Below are positions 10,631-25,060 of a DNA stretch of 64,000 nucleotides, piece after piece (position 1 is the stretch's first letter; every line of letters starts with the position of its first letter). A program made the position numbers and the translations under genes. Source of the stretch: Octopus sinensis (taxonomy: Eukaryota); the NCBI RefSeq assembly GCF_006345805.1, contig NC_043013.1, positions 31,868,001 to 31,932,000 of the forward strand, in the 5' to 3' direction. The notes beneath the pieces were generated by a model that saw only the letters and a list, made by a program, of their open reading frames with translations, did not search any database and had not been told where the DNA came from.

Positions 10631-13370
10631 AATCTTAAAGCTAAAACCAGTACAAACGCACGAACGATGTCATAAATAACAGTGACAAACGAAAAATACA
10701 CCACCGATAGTTGTTGTTGACAAACAATGGCAGTAATTTTATTTAGACGAATACACGTTATTGATTGGTTGAAATTACCGAAGTAGGACAACTTTAACGT
10801 GAACTAACTTCGTAAATATAAGTTTTTCTCAAAAATGCTAAGAGTAAAATATGTTTTATATGACACATTCTACCAGTGTCCGAAGTTTGAAAGTGTTGAG
10901 CTACAAAAATTACTTTTTAAATTTGACAATCAAAATGTAAAGAGCCAATCATATTTTTTCACAATATTTTCTAAAATAATACTAAATACACATTTAAATA
11001 TATACGAAAACAAAGGTTCGTTAAACTGAAGAAATCGATCAAGCATCATCATTTGGAAAATCACTGAATGTTATGTACATCTTTTCAACGGGAGTAGCAT
11101 CGCCTTTAGCTTTGGTTTGTTTGAAAGCATATATCATCGAATTAAATAATAGATTCTACCAAACGACCCCACCACCGCTGACATATTATTTGTATTCAAA
11201 TTCTGAATAATTCTTTATCCTATTAATGCAAAGTTACTTCTGTTCCACGAAGTGTATATTCCATTTCGTCAGCACCGGTGTATTGTACATTATAAATAAA
11301 GAAATATGGTATGTAATCGCACGCGTTATTCTTGGTTTAAATAAGTTTTCTGGAGAAAAGAGGAAACGCATAACTGAATTTGTTAAAATTTGAACCTAGA
11401 CAGTGTGCTGACGGGATTTGATACTGTAATTGATTTGGGCTGGTTTAAATAATATTGAAATTATTGTATACAGTGCTCAGGTGCACCACAACTTGTCAGA
11501 AAGTGCGTATAAAGTATATATAAAGTTTCTCACGATTTATTTTTGTTAATTCATTTATTGAGTTTGTTTACATATGGAAAGGTATAACGTGAGGTAACAA
11601 GATCGGACAAAGAAAACTCCGTATATCATGAAGATGCATGTAGTTCCTAAATTAAGTGATGAAGCAATGGATTTCTATGCGAATCAAAATAAAATTTTGT
11701 AAATAGCAGCAAAATTGTTAAATGTAATTTCATTTTATTCCAATCATTTGCCGAGAATATTCTCTGTGTTAAAAACATCAAACTCTGGTCAGCGGTCGAA
11801 TCTTGAGACCAAGAGCTTAGAATCAAAACGTACAAGACTCGTATTGATCAAACATTAAAATATATAACTGTTTTCAGAAATATATTATTTAAAAATGATG
11901 ATGTTATAATTTAGGGCAAGTCGAGTTGTGTCAATTGCGAAATTTGAATCACCTAGAAATGGTATGACAGATCAATCTTATCGTTCTGACAGGGGATATG
12001 ATATATATATCACGTAAGCCATTGTACAATATATTCCCAGAATGAGGGTCAAATCACAGACAGCTAATTGCAGCTTTGAATTTTAATGTCTCTTACACCC
12101 TTTGACATTCAGCATCAGACTATTAACGCTAATTGACTTTAATATTTTTCTAATAGATGTTTCCTTTAAAGATATGTATTTTAACATAAACTATTAATAC
12201 ATGATTAAAAAAATCATCAGAAATTATGAAAAATATTGTAGAAAATTCGGTGTAGATACAAAAAATTAAACTAATTTTTTCCAATAGAATAGAGACAGAT
12301 CTATACTTTATTATATTCATTAACACACGTCATAGGTTTGCCACAAAAGACAAAGTATTTACCACATAAGAATACAGATAGGATATAAAATGTGAAATAT
12401 TGCAAAAGTAAACACAGCTGAAGCCAATGAATGCAATGATTTGATTGTTTTTTCACAGGATATTTTCTAATGTATCAGTTTACTAATTTAAATGAAGCAC
12501 TTTTTTTAAATCCAGGAGAGAAAGAAATGATGTTTAGCATAATATATGGATTAAGAATTATCAATTGTAACAATGCTATATCGGCTAACATACATACCTA
12601 CACACATTCATGCATGCATAAATACACATTTACATATATAAACACAAACATGCGGATGTATGTGTGTTTCGACAAAAAAGTTAGTTGGTAACATTTTTCG
12701 AGTTTAGCACATTTGTCTGAGTAGAAGACCTATGATACAAGTTAGTCAAACATGTTTTACCAAACGATGTTGAACTCAAGACACACGTGTTCAGTTTCAG
12801 AGAAACGATTTCTGACATGTTCAACACAACTACATCACAGGTTTTATTCATCTGGTTGAAGTGAAAATTGACTGTCGTATCAGTGATTTGAACTGAGAAT
12901 GACGCGAGCAATTACATACTATTTATTTACATGAACTCAAAAAACAAAGGCAAATGAAATAATAGGTGTGTTACAAATATTTTTCCAATGTTTGAATTCT
13001 GCTTAAATATCAATAACGTCGACTCAAAGGGTACTATTTTTTCTATCGCAAAAAGTTTAATTTTTTTATTTTTAATCTTGCCGAGGTAAATTTTTTAAGT
13101 ATACTTTTTACTTCTTCATAGGAAAATGATCTAAATATTTTGGTTCTGTATATAGAAAATGATTCTGAATTTAAAGTATAGTAAATTTAAGATCATGCGA
13201 TATCAAAATAGAAAATTTATTTCATTATTGCTTTTTTTACCGCCCCAAATAAAACTATTGAAATGAATACAAAACATACTTTTTTTTTCAGTAGCTTCTC
13301 TAGAGAAATGTAGGACGACAGAATTCTAAACGCAATGAAAATCAGATATTAGATATACTTTGTTCATACT

Positions 13371-13688
13371 GTGAAGGTACATGGCCTAGTGGTTACAGCA
13401 GCGGACTCACGGTAGAGAGATTGCGGGTTCGAATCTCAGATCGGGCGATGTGTGTGTTTATGAGCGAAACACTTAGACTCCACGCGGCTCTGGCAGAACG
13501 TAACGGCGAACTTCTACTGATCTCTTTCGCCACAACTTTCTCTAACTCTTTCCTCCTGCATCTAGCAGCCCACCTGCAACAAACCGGTGTCACTTCCAGG
13601 TGGTGAATCTACACGCCAAGGAAACCGGGAAACCGGCCCTTATGATCCAGGCATGGCTCGAGAAGGAACAAACAAAAACGAAACAACA
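13371..13688 (+). mobile_element. tRNA-derived SINE family S3
   Basis: A-box TGGCCTAGTGG, B-box GGTTCGAATC and an AAAC-rich tail. An inverted second copy lies at 35971-36278. Confidence 0.9.
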
Positions 13689-14525
13689 TGTTCATACTAC
13701 TATAATAAGGAGGCATGAAATAATAGACAGTGAAGCTGTAACAAGGCTAACATTTCTAATTGCCTCTCAGTTTCATACAAAATATTTCACGGAGCACTGA
13801 TTACATGCTAACTTCTGAATGTATTTTACCAAATAAAATTTAAATAATATGGTACATGTATTATGCAAACGAAGAATAAAGTAAAACGAAACATTTGCGT
13901 CGTATGTGTTATTTTACCAAAATTTTAATTCGTTCTTGGCATATTCAGAAAATTAATCCGAAATGTGCATGTGCATATAAAACTGTCTTTTAATGTAGAT
14001 TTATACAGAACTTTGAAAATATCAAAAAATAAAACGCAATTCTGTCTGGTATTTAAATATATTTGCTTCCTCTATAAATGTCTATACGGAGTGGCAAGTA
14101 ATAAAAAAAATAACATTATCTAACGTTATTGAAATTAATACGTTCATTAAGTAATATTTATAGAGATGTCCTACTGGCTCACGGTAATGGAAAATCATTT
14201 TATGAAATGGTTCTTACAGCGTATTCTACGTAATATTAGCTTAACACATATAGTAATTTTCTAGTATAAATTAGCAGCATAGATCACCATGCGAGCGCAG
14301 TCATGGCTGCAAGATGAAGAAAGTTGCTTTGATAAAACGCGCTCTGCATCGTTCTTTGCAAGTATTTTTCACTGATTGATCAATATTTCGTGAATAGAAT
14401 TTGTTTTCAGGTTATTGTGCGACAATCATTCACATTAAACTTATGTATGCATGTATGTGTGCGTGCGTGCGTGCGTGCGTGCGTGTGCGCGTGTCCTGTA
14501 TACCTTCAGAAACTTTCCGATTTAA

Positions 14526-15050
14526 ACCCTTGACAACGGTTGACGCAAATATACGATCACGCTTTTGCTTGCCTACCCGCGGTTAACGTAAATATACGAT
14601 GTAGAGCTGCCCTACATCTATCACGGACTTTTTAGCGGCTGACGTATGTTTACGTTCGCTATCGTGTACTTTATCTCTAAAGGTGCGCGTGCTCGCCGTC
14701 CCGTGCATTATCTTTGCTATTTTAGGTTACGTTCAAGTCATGAGACGAGCAGTAGACCAAGGACATGCGGATACTTTACATGCATAATACTGTGTTTTGA
14801 GTTGTACCACACGCAAGCTAATTTTTGAACTTGAGCAGAATAACTAGTGCATATCATATCTTGATAAATAGCTTCACATAGTTCGTTTTCATAAACCGGT
14901 AGACGTAAATGTACGACGCTGTGTTATTGTAACGATGAACGTAAATAGACGCGAGCTTGTTGGCACTTGTGTGTTTGTGTGGCTTCATTAGATAAAAAAA
15001 AAAAACGGAGCAGTGTCTCGCTTGCTTCGAGTAATACCGGCGTCAAGGGG
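14526..15050. mobile_element. piggyBac-like non-autonomous element (MITE)
   Basis: TTAA on both sides (14522-14525, 15051-15054). Terminal inverted repeats are ACCCTTGACAACGGT and the reverse complement of ACCGGCGTCAAGGGG. Confidence 0.75.
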
Positions 15051-15682
15051 TTAATTAATCAAGTCGGTATATGATCTAGGACAGAACATGACGTGACATT
15101 TTCCAAGGCTACACCTGCAAACAAGCGATCCTTGTCATGTTATATGTTATATCTGCTTCGCAATGAGAAGATATGTAGATGCTTAATTGAGTAACTCTGA
15201 ATTCATACTTAATATTCAGAACAGCAAATATAGTCTCTTATACACGTATACTTATATATGTGTATATTTCACTAATGTATAGTGGTACATCACGGAAAAA
15301 TTGTGCTTCTCAAATGAAATCTCTTGTGATATTTGTTATACAGATGTTTACATATACTAGTATTGTCAATTTTAACAACCAAAATTCAGCAACTCATTGT
15401 TTAACCTGTTACAAATATGTAATAAATGAAGATAGTGTTGATAAATTGCAATACAAAACAAATATCAATAATGACTTATAAAAGAGTTTTATACTAAGAA
15501 TGTTAATGCTTTACATTCAAGTCGTGGAAGTAGGCAGCCAATTAGAGAAAATTTGGGGTTGGCTGTCATATGTGCGGATTGAATCTTGTACCTGATGGAC
15601 GTTGTATTCCTGAGCATTACATACTGTTTTACGCGCCTCTAGTCAATTCAATTGAAATAAGTAACAGTTGTGTACAAGTGTA

Positions 15683-15734
<52 letters not shown>

Positions 15735-16024
15735 CACCTTTCATATTTCGAATGTTCTACTGGGACAAATGTAAGAAGACCGAAAATGTGTCAACAGCTG
15801 TTCATTACACCGCATAAGTATTTTAAAATATTTGTGAAAATATGTCACCTGCCATCAAATTATATTCGTTTGCAAATGGTGGTTATCATTTATAAACAAC
15901 TTTCTAAAAAGGTTTCTGATAGATAAACAGGTAAACTAAATTCAACAACAGTAAAAGTTACAAACGAACTTGATGGCAAAATGTTTTAGGAATAGGTTTG
16001 TCAATAATTAGTAATAATGATAAA

Positions 16025-16214
16025 TACGATGGCGTGCTGAAACGTTCCTGGCTTCCATCAAAAGAACATAGAGGAAGATCAGTTAATTATGACTTTATTC
16101 AACATATTCTGTTCTCATATCCACACGCTTATTGCAGCGGTCCTTCAGTTTTTGTAAATCCTGTAAAAGAACTCGGATACCTTTAAAGCCGGGAACTCTC
16201 CAGAATCACTCGTA
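16025..16214 (+). mobile_element. Mariner-type MITE
   Basis: TA ends and imperfect ~30-bp TIRs: TACGATGGCGTGCTGAAACGTTCCTGGCTT vs TACGAGTGATTCTGGAGAGTTCCCGGCTT (reverse complement). Confidence 0.65.
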
Positions 16215-16217
16215 GCG

Positions 16218-16260
<43 letters not shown>

Positions 16261-16825
16261 TATCGCCAACTACACCAGATACGAATTATTGTGCTTACAA
16301 TGAGCCGGTATATGCTCCCACAGAGGTGAAATCACTACATAAGAGCTTTTAAATTTTTCTCTACAAACAAAACTGTAGATAAACAAATTTACAGAATATA
16401 TGAAACATGGATATTGAAATAATCTCTAAGCTTTAAAACAATAAGAGTAGCCATACGATGCAAGACGTTTTATTACAACTATAGATATTAAATATATGCC
16501 ATCACATATAAAGTGCTTTGAATTATTCAAATGTTTATTAAGAACTCCACGAACAATGCAACAGTTACTATGGTTCCCTCACTGGTAAAGTTTCTCAAAT
16601 CTAGTGCGACTAATTCTAGAGTAACAGATGTTGACAAGTCAAATACTTGTTTTTGATGTATTGTCTTGCTTGTTGATGGCAGGGCTACTAAATATATATG
16701 TGTTCTATTTTTCGCGTGTATCTTCGTTTCAAGAAGGGAGCCAGATATACAACGATACATCACGACGTATTGCTTCAATTTGAAATCGATACAGCTGAAC
16801 CAGTATCATTTGGTATTCTTCGGGG

Positions 16826-17040
16826 GTGGTGAGCTGGCAGAATCGTTAGCACGGCGACAAAATGCTTTGCAGTATTTCGTCCATCTTTACGTTCTTAGTT
16901 TCGAATTTCACCGACGGCGACGTTGCCCTCCTTCCTTTCAGGGTCAATTAATAAGTACCATTTACACACTGGGGTCTATGTAATCAACTTAATCCCGTTC
17001 CCCTTAATCGGAGGCCTTGTGATTCTAGTAGAAAGGATTA
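16826..17040 (+). mobile_element. SINE S1, diverged
   Basis: GGTGGTGAGCTGGCAGAATCGTTAGCAC head and TAAGTACC...CACTGGGG body. Confidence 0.7.
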
Positions 17041-17250
17041 TTTGGTATGCCTTCAATGCTTCCTAGATATATTTTCTAATTTTCGACTGCCATGGAAATT
17101 TTGACAGTCCTCAAATTTGCTATATAGAACTGCCCCAGTTTACTTGTCTTCAAAGCATAGATGCGACATGTCCTAAACGTGGGTACTGCATTAGCTTGAA
17201 GAATTTCTCACAACTACTCGTCTTTCCTCTGATTAGAACTACTAATCAGA

Positions 17251-17354
17251 GGGAATACTTTTACTTAACATTTTCCAAATTTTTTATAGCATTTTTTAAA
17301 TATTTTATTTTCGAAAGCATTATAATAGTTCTCCCACATGAGAATTTCAAACTA
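17251..17354 (+). repeat. ~103-bp dispersed duplication (second copy 19477-19579)
   Basis: GGAATACTTTTACTTRACATTTTCCAAATTTTTTATAG...GTTCTCCCACATGAGAATTTCAAACTA is present twice. Confidence 0.85.
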
Positions 17355-17792
17355 ACACGGCTCCTATTCTCTTCTTGCGCACTAACTATATCATACATGC
17401 GTGTGTGTGTGAGTGTGTGTGAATGTGTGTTCGTATGTGCGTGTGCATTTCTGTGCTTGTGTGTGGGTACTTATGTTTATTAATAAACGAATGCTCGCAC
17501 ACATATTTGCATATATGTACATATTTACTCTCCTCTCTCTCTCTCTCACACACACACACACGCGTGCATATATGTATTTATTACAGACAGACAGACAGAC
17601 AGACAGTGGTATAAGATTCACTTTCGCCTTCACATGGCTCCAACATAAATTTACCTCACAAGAAGAATATCAGATTTATTACAAAACAGGCGTTGTTTAT
17701 ATTGGTGGGTTACAAAAGTATGATGTATATATTTTCAGAGAGAGGAAGCCATCCATTTCAAGGTTATAGCTATTACCGCATAGGTTTTCATT

Positions 17793-17963
17793 GGCGTGGC
17801 TGTGTGGTAAGATGCTTGCTTCTCAACCACATGGTTCCGGATTCTATCCCACTGCGTGGCACCTTGGGCAAGTGTCTTCTAATATAGCCTCGGACCAACC
17901 AAAAACCTTTTGAGTTGATTTGGCAGACGGAAACTGAAAGAAGACCGTTGTATACATACATAT

Positions 17964-17999
<36 letters not shown>

Positions 18000-18272
18000 C
18001 GACGGTATCCTTTCCGTTTACCAAATCCATTAAGTCTTTTGAGTGTGTGCGCGTGTGTCTTTGTGTCTGTGTGTGGTTAACCCCACACCATTACTTGACA
18101 GCCGATGTCGGTGTGTTTAGGGCCCGTGACTTTGCAGTTCGGCATAAAAAACCGATAGAATACGTACTAGACATGCAAACAATAAGTCCTGATTTCGATC
18201 TCTTCTTCTGAAAAATCCTTAAAGGCGATGCCCCAGCATGGCCGCAGACAAATACTTGAAACATGCGAAAGA
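17793..18272 (+). mobile_element. tRNA-derived SINE family S2 with internal microsatellite
   Basis: GTGGCTGTGTGGTAAG head, GGCACCTTGGGCAAGTGTCTTCT core, internal (TA)/(TG) tract, GGCGATGCCCCAGCATGGCCGCAG tail. Confidence 0.85.
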
Positions 18273-20413
18273 ATATTTAGGATAATGCTTCATGTAGACT
18301 AATCAATTTTTTAGGCATCATTAAGTGTAGCTGCAGGATGACCATCCAATTGTTATTGGAGGAAACCTCTTCCCGTTAACTTCTATTTATTTTATTTATT
18401 CTCTTTGCTATATGATTTACCAGAAAATTGTGTTCGTCAAGAGATGGAATTCGAGATGAATATTTTTGTAAATTGCTGCAGTTTAGGCAAATATTTAACT
18501 CTACGTTACACATAATCCTCTAGGCATACCTAGGATTAGAAATCACTGTAAAAGCCTGTCACTTCCACCACTTTCTTATAGCCACAGTAATATCTGATGG
18601 CTCATTATAATTCATATACTTTCCCTACAGACGCGTCATTGGCTTTTAGGTCTAAACATTGTCCAGCTGTTTCAATAGCTAGACAACATGCTACATTCTG
18701 CTGTTAAAATTTTCTCTGAATTATGAAAATTAATACCTTAATTCACAAGCATTCAAACGCAAATTCAATTTGCCATTCCCATCATGCATTCATGTATGCA
18801 TTTATTCAGAATTCCTGCAATATTTATTTTTCGTCGTTTAAGGCTAAAATCTTAATCTTATTTTATACTTTAAATGATTAAGGCTGCAGACCGAAATTGA
18901 TTTTATTCTAATACGCTGCTTTCCTATTAGAGTTAAGGGCCATTCGTTCACTCTCTCTCGCATATCTAAATACAAAAACGCAATCTATTATCTAGCATCA
19001 AAATATTAAATCAAGTATAATAATGGAGTTTAATATTGTTGGTAGTGAACTCTTAGAACTATATAATGGAAGCAATAAGTAAATAGGTAATGAAAGGGGA
19101 ATACATGAAATGGCTGTGCGGTTTAAAAACTCTCTTTGCAGCCATGTTAGTTTGCGTTCAGTGCCCTAAGAAGTAACACGTAGACTGAAAGCTTGAAACC
19201 CGTCGTCTGTTTGTGTATAAATGTACGTACATGTGTCTGAGTGCGTCTGTGTTTGTCACACCTTCTCCGTCATCGCTTGACAATCGATGTTGGTTTGTTT
19301 ACGCCCACATGAATTAGTGGTTTGGCAGAAGACCCGACAGAATAAGCACCAGGCTTTAAAAGATAAGTACTGGGGTCAATTTGTTTTACGAAAGCCCTTC
19401 AAGGCGGTGTCCCAGCATGGCTGTAAAACACTGATTGAGAGAATTTAACGTTAAAGTATAAATACTGGCAAAGTTTGGAATACTTTTACTTGACATTTTC
19501 CAAATTTTTTATAGTATTTTTTTAATATTTTATTTTCGAAACCATTATACTAGTTCTCCCACATGAGAATTTCAAACTATAAAGTTCTCAGAGAACACAT
19601 TAACAGAACAAGTAAGTTATTTAAATTCCAATTCTCAGAACTATTTAGCCTAAATAATTCCCTACAACCACACATTCAAGTGTCGGCTCAGGGTTAATTC
19701 AAGCCGATTATTAACCACATCGATCTTCAAAGCTTGATACGATTTCTAGAATTCATATACATGGACCGTCTAACTCGTAGTTGATAAATAAATCAGGAAA
19801 AAAATTATCTAATTATTATATCCACATGAGACTCTGTAATTTCCTACGGAGTTTATCATCGTGAGTAGAAAAAGTTGTAAATGCATATATGTCAAGGCTT
19901 CAGCACATGTACGGTCTCAGCATCATAAAGTACATTGAGTAAACTTACTTTCCACAAAACGATACAACAGATTGTGTTTAGTACCTGACTTGTACAAACG
20001 TTCAGCGAAGAAAATTATGTTGTCCCACATTGTGTAACAGGATTCACCTAAATATTCTTGTCATACATTTTTACTACAGCTTTCAATAAAGCAGAACATT
20101 ACGATATAGTGTGAACTGAATTTTTAAACAAAATCTCTTCGCCTGACCAACATTGCGATTAACTTATGCACACAAAGCCATTGTTGTTGATTCCCAAATC
20201 ATCCTCAAAATAATAGATTAAGTCAGAAAAGACGGATGGAACTACTGAGTGATAAATATTGATATAGTTTCGCAGAGTTGTGAAAGTGCACTGAAGTACG
20301 TCTTTCTCTTTCTCGTTCACTCATTTTTCTAATTCTATGTATATTTATATATATTTGCATGTGCGTATACGCGTACACACACACACACATGCACAAACAT
20401 ACACTCATGTACA

Positions 20414-20449
<36 letters not shown>

Positions 20450-20473
20450 GTATATATATATATATAATATATT

Positions 20474-20537
<64 letters not shown>

Positions 20538-20555
20538 CGGACATACTCACACCCT

Positions 20556-20600
<45 letters not shown>

Positions 20601-20715
20601 TACATAAATATTTGCATATACATTATCACATATATACACATACATAACGTACATTCATATATATATAAATATATAAATATATATATATATACGGACATAC
20701 ACACACTCTCACATA

Positions 20716-20822
<107 letters not shown>

Positions 20823-20838
20823 AATATATATATGTATG

Positions 20839-20929
<91 letters not shown>

Positions 20930-22263
20930 CACATCATGTATCCAGGAGTAACATATTTAATGTGTACAAAAGTATAAAAGTTAAGTAGTATAAGTTTTGA
21001 AAATGAAATAAGTATTTTGTTGCATAATAAAAATCAATATTTGTCTGAGACATCGACGGCGACGAAAAGAATTGAAGTAGATTAAAAAAAAAGTATATTA
21101 GAATAATCAAAAGTATAAATATAAAAAAAAACCTTAAGATCGACTTAATGTATTATGTGTTTCATTCTAAGTCTCTAAGATATAATGGCAGAACCTATCC
21201 GTTTCGTTTCATTTTTTCATTTCAACCACTTGATATGGATAGTGTTAAATGTAAAAGACAAACCATAAATTCTTATTTCCTTCGTATGTAGATGCACGTT
21301 ATTGCTGTTATAAAACATTTATTTTATCAAAATGTTTTCCTTTTTCTATTTTGCTTTTATCATTACTACTAAAACAGTGAAGTGGTGAGTGTTAGAAATA
21401 ATAAATAGCATCAGTATTTCATTTTGTTCCTGCAACATCTTACATCATCACTTTTACATATTCTGCCTTCTATTTTGTTGCTTGCTCTGTCCATTTACTA
21501 ATTCTGTCGGATTTGATTTTTACGGTAGATATTTACAAACCCGAAGCCTTGTTTGGAAAAAAATGAAAATCGTTAGTATAGCTTCAGGAATAAGAATTTA
21601 TTTTAAAATGTTCGCTTATATGTAATACATATTTATTTCCTGTGAGAATTGGCAAAAGAATGGAAAGACAATCAAAACTAATGTCAGAGAATTAGTAATG
21701 ACAGATTTCACTTAATCATAGACGTATAAAATGTTTGTTTAGGAAATATCCTCTTCGGCGATTCGTTCCGTTGCATGAAGTCCACCAGCAAATGAAATTT
21801 GGCAGAGAAAAACTTTTTCAAACTACAAGAAATGAGCACTTCACTTTGGAGTGGGGACGAATCAACTTGTCAAATTCTTTGACATACACCTCATGAGGTA
21901 GAGTGCTTACAGTTCTGTTAAAAGGATTCCGACCTTGTACCCAGGCTAACTTGCTCTTCTGAACAATTTCGCAACCATGGAAAGAAATTTGGTGGAAGTT
22001 ATCCAGTCCATAACTGATCGATATAAGTTTTTTTTTTAAAATTAATAAACATTTCATTTGATGTTGCTGCTTCCGTTCACTTACCGAAAAGTTAATATCG
22101 TTAGTACAATTTATTTTTAGCAACATGAAATGTAGTGCCATGCCTTAAGAACACAATAATATGGTCAATCCGGAGTCGAATACATGACCTATATTTACGA
22201 TTCCAACATCTCAACCACGACTTCACAGCTTATCTATCTTTTCTGATAAATATATAACTATAT

Positions 22264-22528
22264 AAGCGTAGGAGTGACTGTGTGGTGTGTAACTCGCTTA
22301 CAAACCACATGGTTCCGTGTGTGTGTGTATCTATGTTTGTCCCCCACCACCATCCCCTGACAACCGATGTTGGTGTGTTTACGTCCCCGTAACTTAGCGG
22401 TTCGCCAAAAGAAACCGATAGAATAAGTACTAGGCTTACAAAGAATAAGTACTGGGGTCGATTTGCTCGACTAAAGGCAGTGCTCCAGCATGGCCACAGT
22501 CAAATGACTGAAACAAGTAAAGAGAGAT
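22264..22528 (+). mobile_element. SINE S2, internally deleted
   Basis: Head joined directly to the 3' half; tail GCTCCAGCATGGCCACAGTCAAATGACTGAAACAAGTAAAAGAG. Confidence 0.85.
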
Positions 22529-22669
22529 ATATATATAACGTGGAATTTTTCGACCAATGTTTTTACTAGTTTGAAAGGAATCTTTAGCAAGTGCATGGTT
22601 TCAAATGAAAGCAAAGAAACATAATATTTAACATACACGTTCAGTCATAATATTGCTTTCAAATTTTGG

Positions 22670-23230
22670 GGCAAGAACAGTAATTTTGGGGGAAGGGTTC
22701 AGTCGATGATATCAACCCCAGTGTTCAACTGTTTTATTTGTTATCGACCTCGAAAGGATGAAAAGCAAAGTTGGCGGGATTTGAACCCATAACATGAAGA
22801 TGGACAAAACCCCGGCATGCTTACGGTTCTGCCAATTCGCCACCTTACATTCAGTTATTTTGTCCGTCTTTATATGTTTAGTTCTAATTCCACCAACTTT
22901 ATCTTTCATCCTTTTGTCCGTTTTTACGTTCTGAGTTAAAATTGCGCCGAGGTCGACTTTGTCTTTCACTTTTCGCGAGCAATAAAATAAGTATCAGTTC
23001 AACACTGATACGTATCCCTAGATCTTGCTGGCTTTCTGCCCAAATTTGAAACAAGTATTTCAGCATTTGCTAGAAAGTAAGTATTTTGGAAATGTATAAA
23101 GCCAGCAATTTCAGAAGAGGGGGTCAGTTGACTACATCGAACCCAGTGCTTATCTTTTTCTGCCTCGAAATGATGAAAGGCAAAGTCGACCTCGGTAGAA
23201 TTTGAACTCATGACGTACAGAATTTTTCCC
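22670..23230 (-). mobile_element. Cluster of diverged S1-like SINE fragments
   Basis: Repeated GAAAGGATGAAAAGCAAAG, GAGGTCGACTTTG and GTCGACCTCGG blocks in mixed orientation. Confidence 0.55.
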
Positions 23231-24485
23231 GGTGTCCTAAGGCAATGTTAAATAATAATAGCACACTGTGGAAAAATATTATACGGTAATTAACTAACTA
23301 CATTTAGTACTTCGCTGATATTCCCCTGTCAATAATTGACTGTTATATTTGTTCACTGTTCAGAAAACGTTCACAAAGAATTATAGTTATATAACCATGT
23401 GCAATCTCTTGCACTTGTTTTGATGCTTACCTCAGTAAATTTATTGATGCATATATCATCATCAAAACGTAACTAAATAAGAAACTATTAATCGTTTGGT
23501 TATTTACAGACGTAGTCCCATGTAATCGGGACAACAACCAGAATAAAAACCAAAATAGGTTTAATAACTAAAGAAATTTAGAATACATTATTGCTGTTTA
23601 AACAACACTGTATGTGTGTTAGCTGGCAATCGAATATATCGCCCAGATGCAAATGGCATGGAAATTATTAGGGCCCCACGTTATATCGGAAACAAATGTC
23701 AAATGTATATGTCACTTGCATGTTTATCTTATTTGAAAAGCCGATAATGTGTTACGATGTAGACATTCAAAATTAATTTGGCGTGAATATTCTATAAGAA
23801 TGGTTTCGAAATTCGGACAGGGAAATATCGAAGACGTAATTGCTCACGTAAAATAATATAATGTCAGATATATCACCAGCAGCTGTAGAATATAATCAAC
23901 AACTTTACTGATATTTGCCGAAATGCAAATATTAGAATACGCTTAAAGAAATAACTGAAACCCTCTAATAGGAGAGAATTGCTGAATACAGACCGATAAT
24001 GTAAAAGACAGTATAACAATTGGACACAAGAATTCAACTTTAACATTATTTCTTACCGTGAAACATAACAACAAACGTTGAGATGATGAACTTAATTCAT
24101 TCAAGCAGCACAAATAATATACATGTCTTTCAGGTATTTCACTCTCCAGTGAACAAGCTTGAAACACGTGAACTAAAAATCGACGTTCAAATGAATTGTT
24201 TAGTCTGTTGGATGATGCCAATGAAACAGCCTTTACACAAGTATAAATATACAAAGATGACCCAGGTGAGCGGGAAAAGTGATGGAGGGAATAAAACTTA
24301 TTTCACAAATATAGATGAAATCACTGATGGCTCTGAGATAAAAATATCAAATGATACGCCATGTGAAGTCAAATTCAGAAATTGAATAACGCCGGCAAAA
24401 GGATGGTGACACGTTTCTGTCTTAATAAACCTTCACGGAAAGGCACATTCTGCTCAGCTAGCAATATATAGAATTAATTCTTATA

Positions 24486-24540
<55 letters not shown>

Positions 24541-24542
<2 letters not shown>

Positions 24543-24673
24543 CTTTATCTTTATCTTTATCTTTATCTTTTACTTGTTTCAGTCATTTGACTGCGGCCAT
24601 GCTGGAGCACCGCCTTTAGTCGAGCAAATCGACCCCGGGACTTATTCTTTGTAAGCCCAGTACTTATTCTATC
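24541..24673 (-). mobile_element. SINE S2 3' part with (AAAGAT)n tail
   Basis: (ATCTTT)n followed by TACTTGTTTCAGTCATTTGACTGCGGCCATGCTGGAGCACCGCC. Confidence 0.85.
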
Positions 24674-24746
24674 TATATATATATATATATATATATATAT
24701 GCAAACATACACATGTATACATCTATGTATACATCTATATATATAT

Positions 24747-24781
<35 letters not shown>

Positions 24782-24826
24782 GCAAACATACACATGTATA
24801 CATCTATGGTATTTGATAAACCCTAG

Positions 24827-25060
24827 GGCGGCGAGCTGGCAGAATCGTTAGCACACCGCACGAAATGCTTAGCAGTATTTCGTCTGCCGCTACGTTCTGA
24901 GTTCAAAATCCGTCGAGGTCGACTTTGCCTTTCATCCTTTCGGGGTCGATTAAATAAGTACCATTTACACATTGGGGTCGGTGTAATCGAATTAATAAGT
25001 AAGTCTGTCCTTGTTTGTACCCTCTATGTTTAGCCCCTTGTGGGTAATAAAGAAATAGGT
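24827..25060 (+). mobile_element. SINE S1, full length, with apparent flanking duplication
   Basis: GGCGGCGAGCTGGCAGAATCGTTAGCAC head. GGTATTTGATAAA occurs at 24808-24820 and 25058-25070. Confidence 0.9.

Noticed and set aside
13371-13450. tRNA genes at SINE heads (also 36200-36278 and 63905-63981)
   Set aside because: A and B boxes are present but there is no complete cloverleaf, and they continue into SINE bodies.
14305-14350. ATGAAGAAAGTTGCTTTGATAAAACGCGCTC, HHR-like spacing
   Set aside because: The core start and GAAA are both broken, and there is a single copy.
16527-16778. 83-aa minus ORF with faint cadherin/SEA-like wording (VTLELVALD...GTIV)
   Set aside because: No diagnostic motif such as DxNDN, and no donor site.
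21818-22141. 107-aa minus ORF with splice-like signals
   Set aside because: No recognisable domain, and the signals are ambiguous.
24134-24265. Possible plus-strand exon (TTTCAG|...CCAG|GTGAGC) with an open frame
   Set aside because: The peptide is unrecognisable and no partner exons were found. It may be chance or transposon debris.
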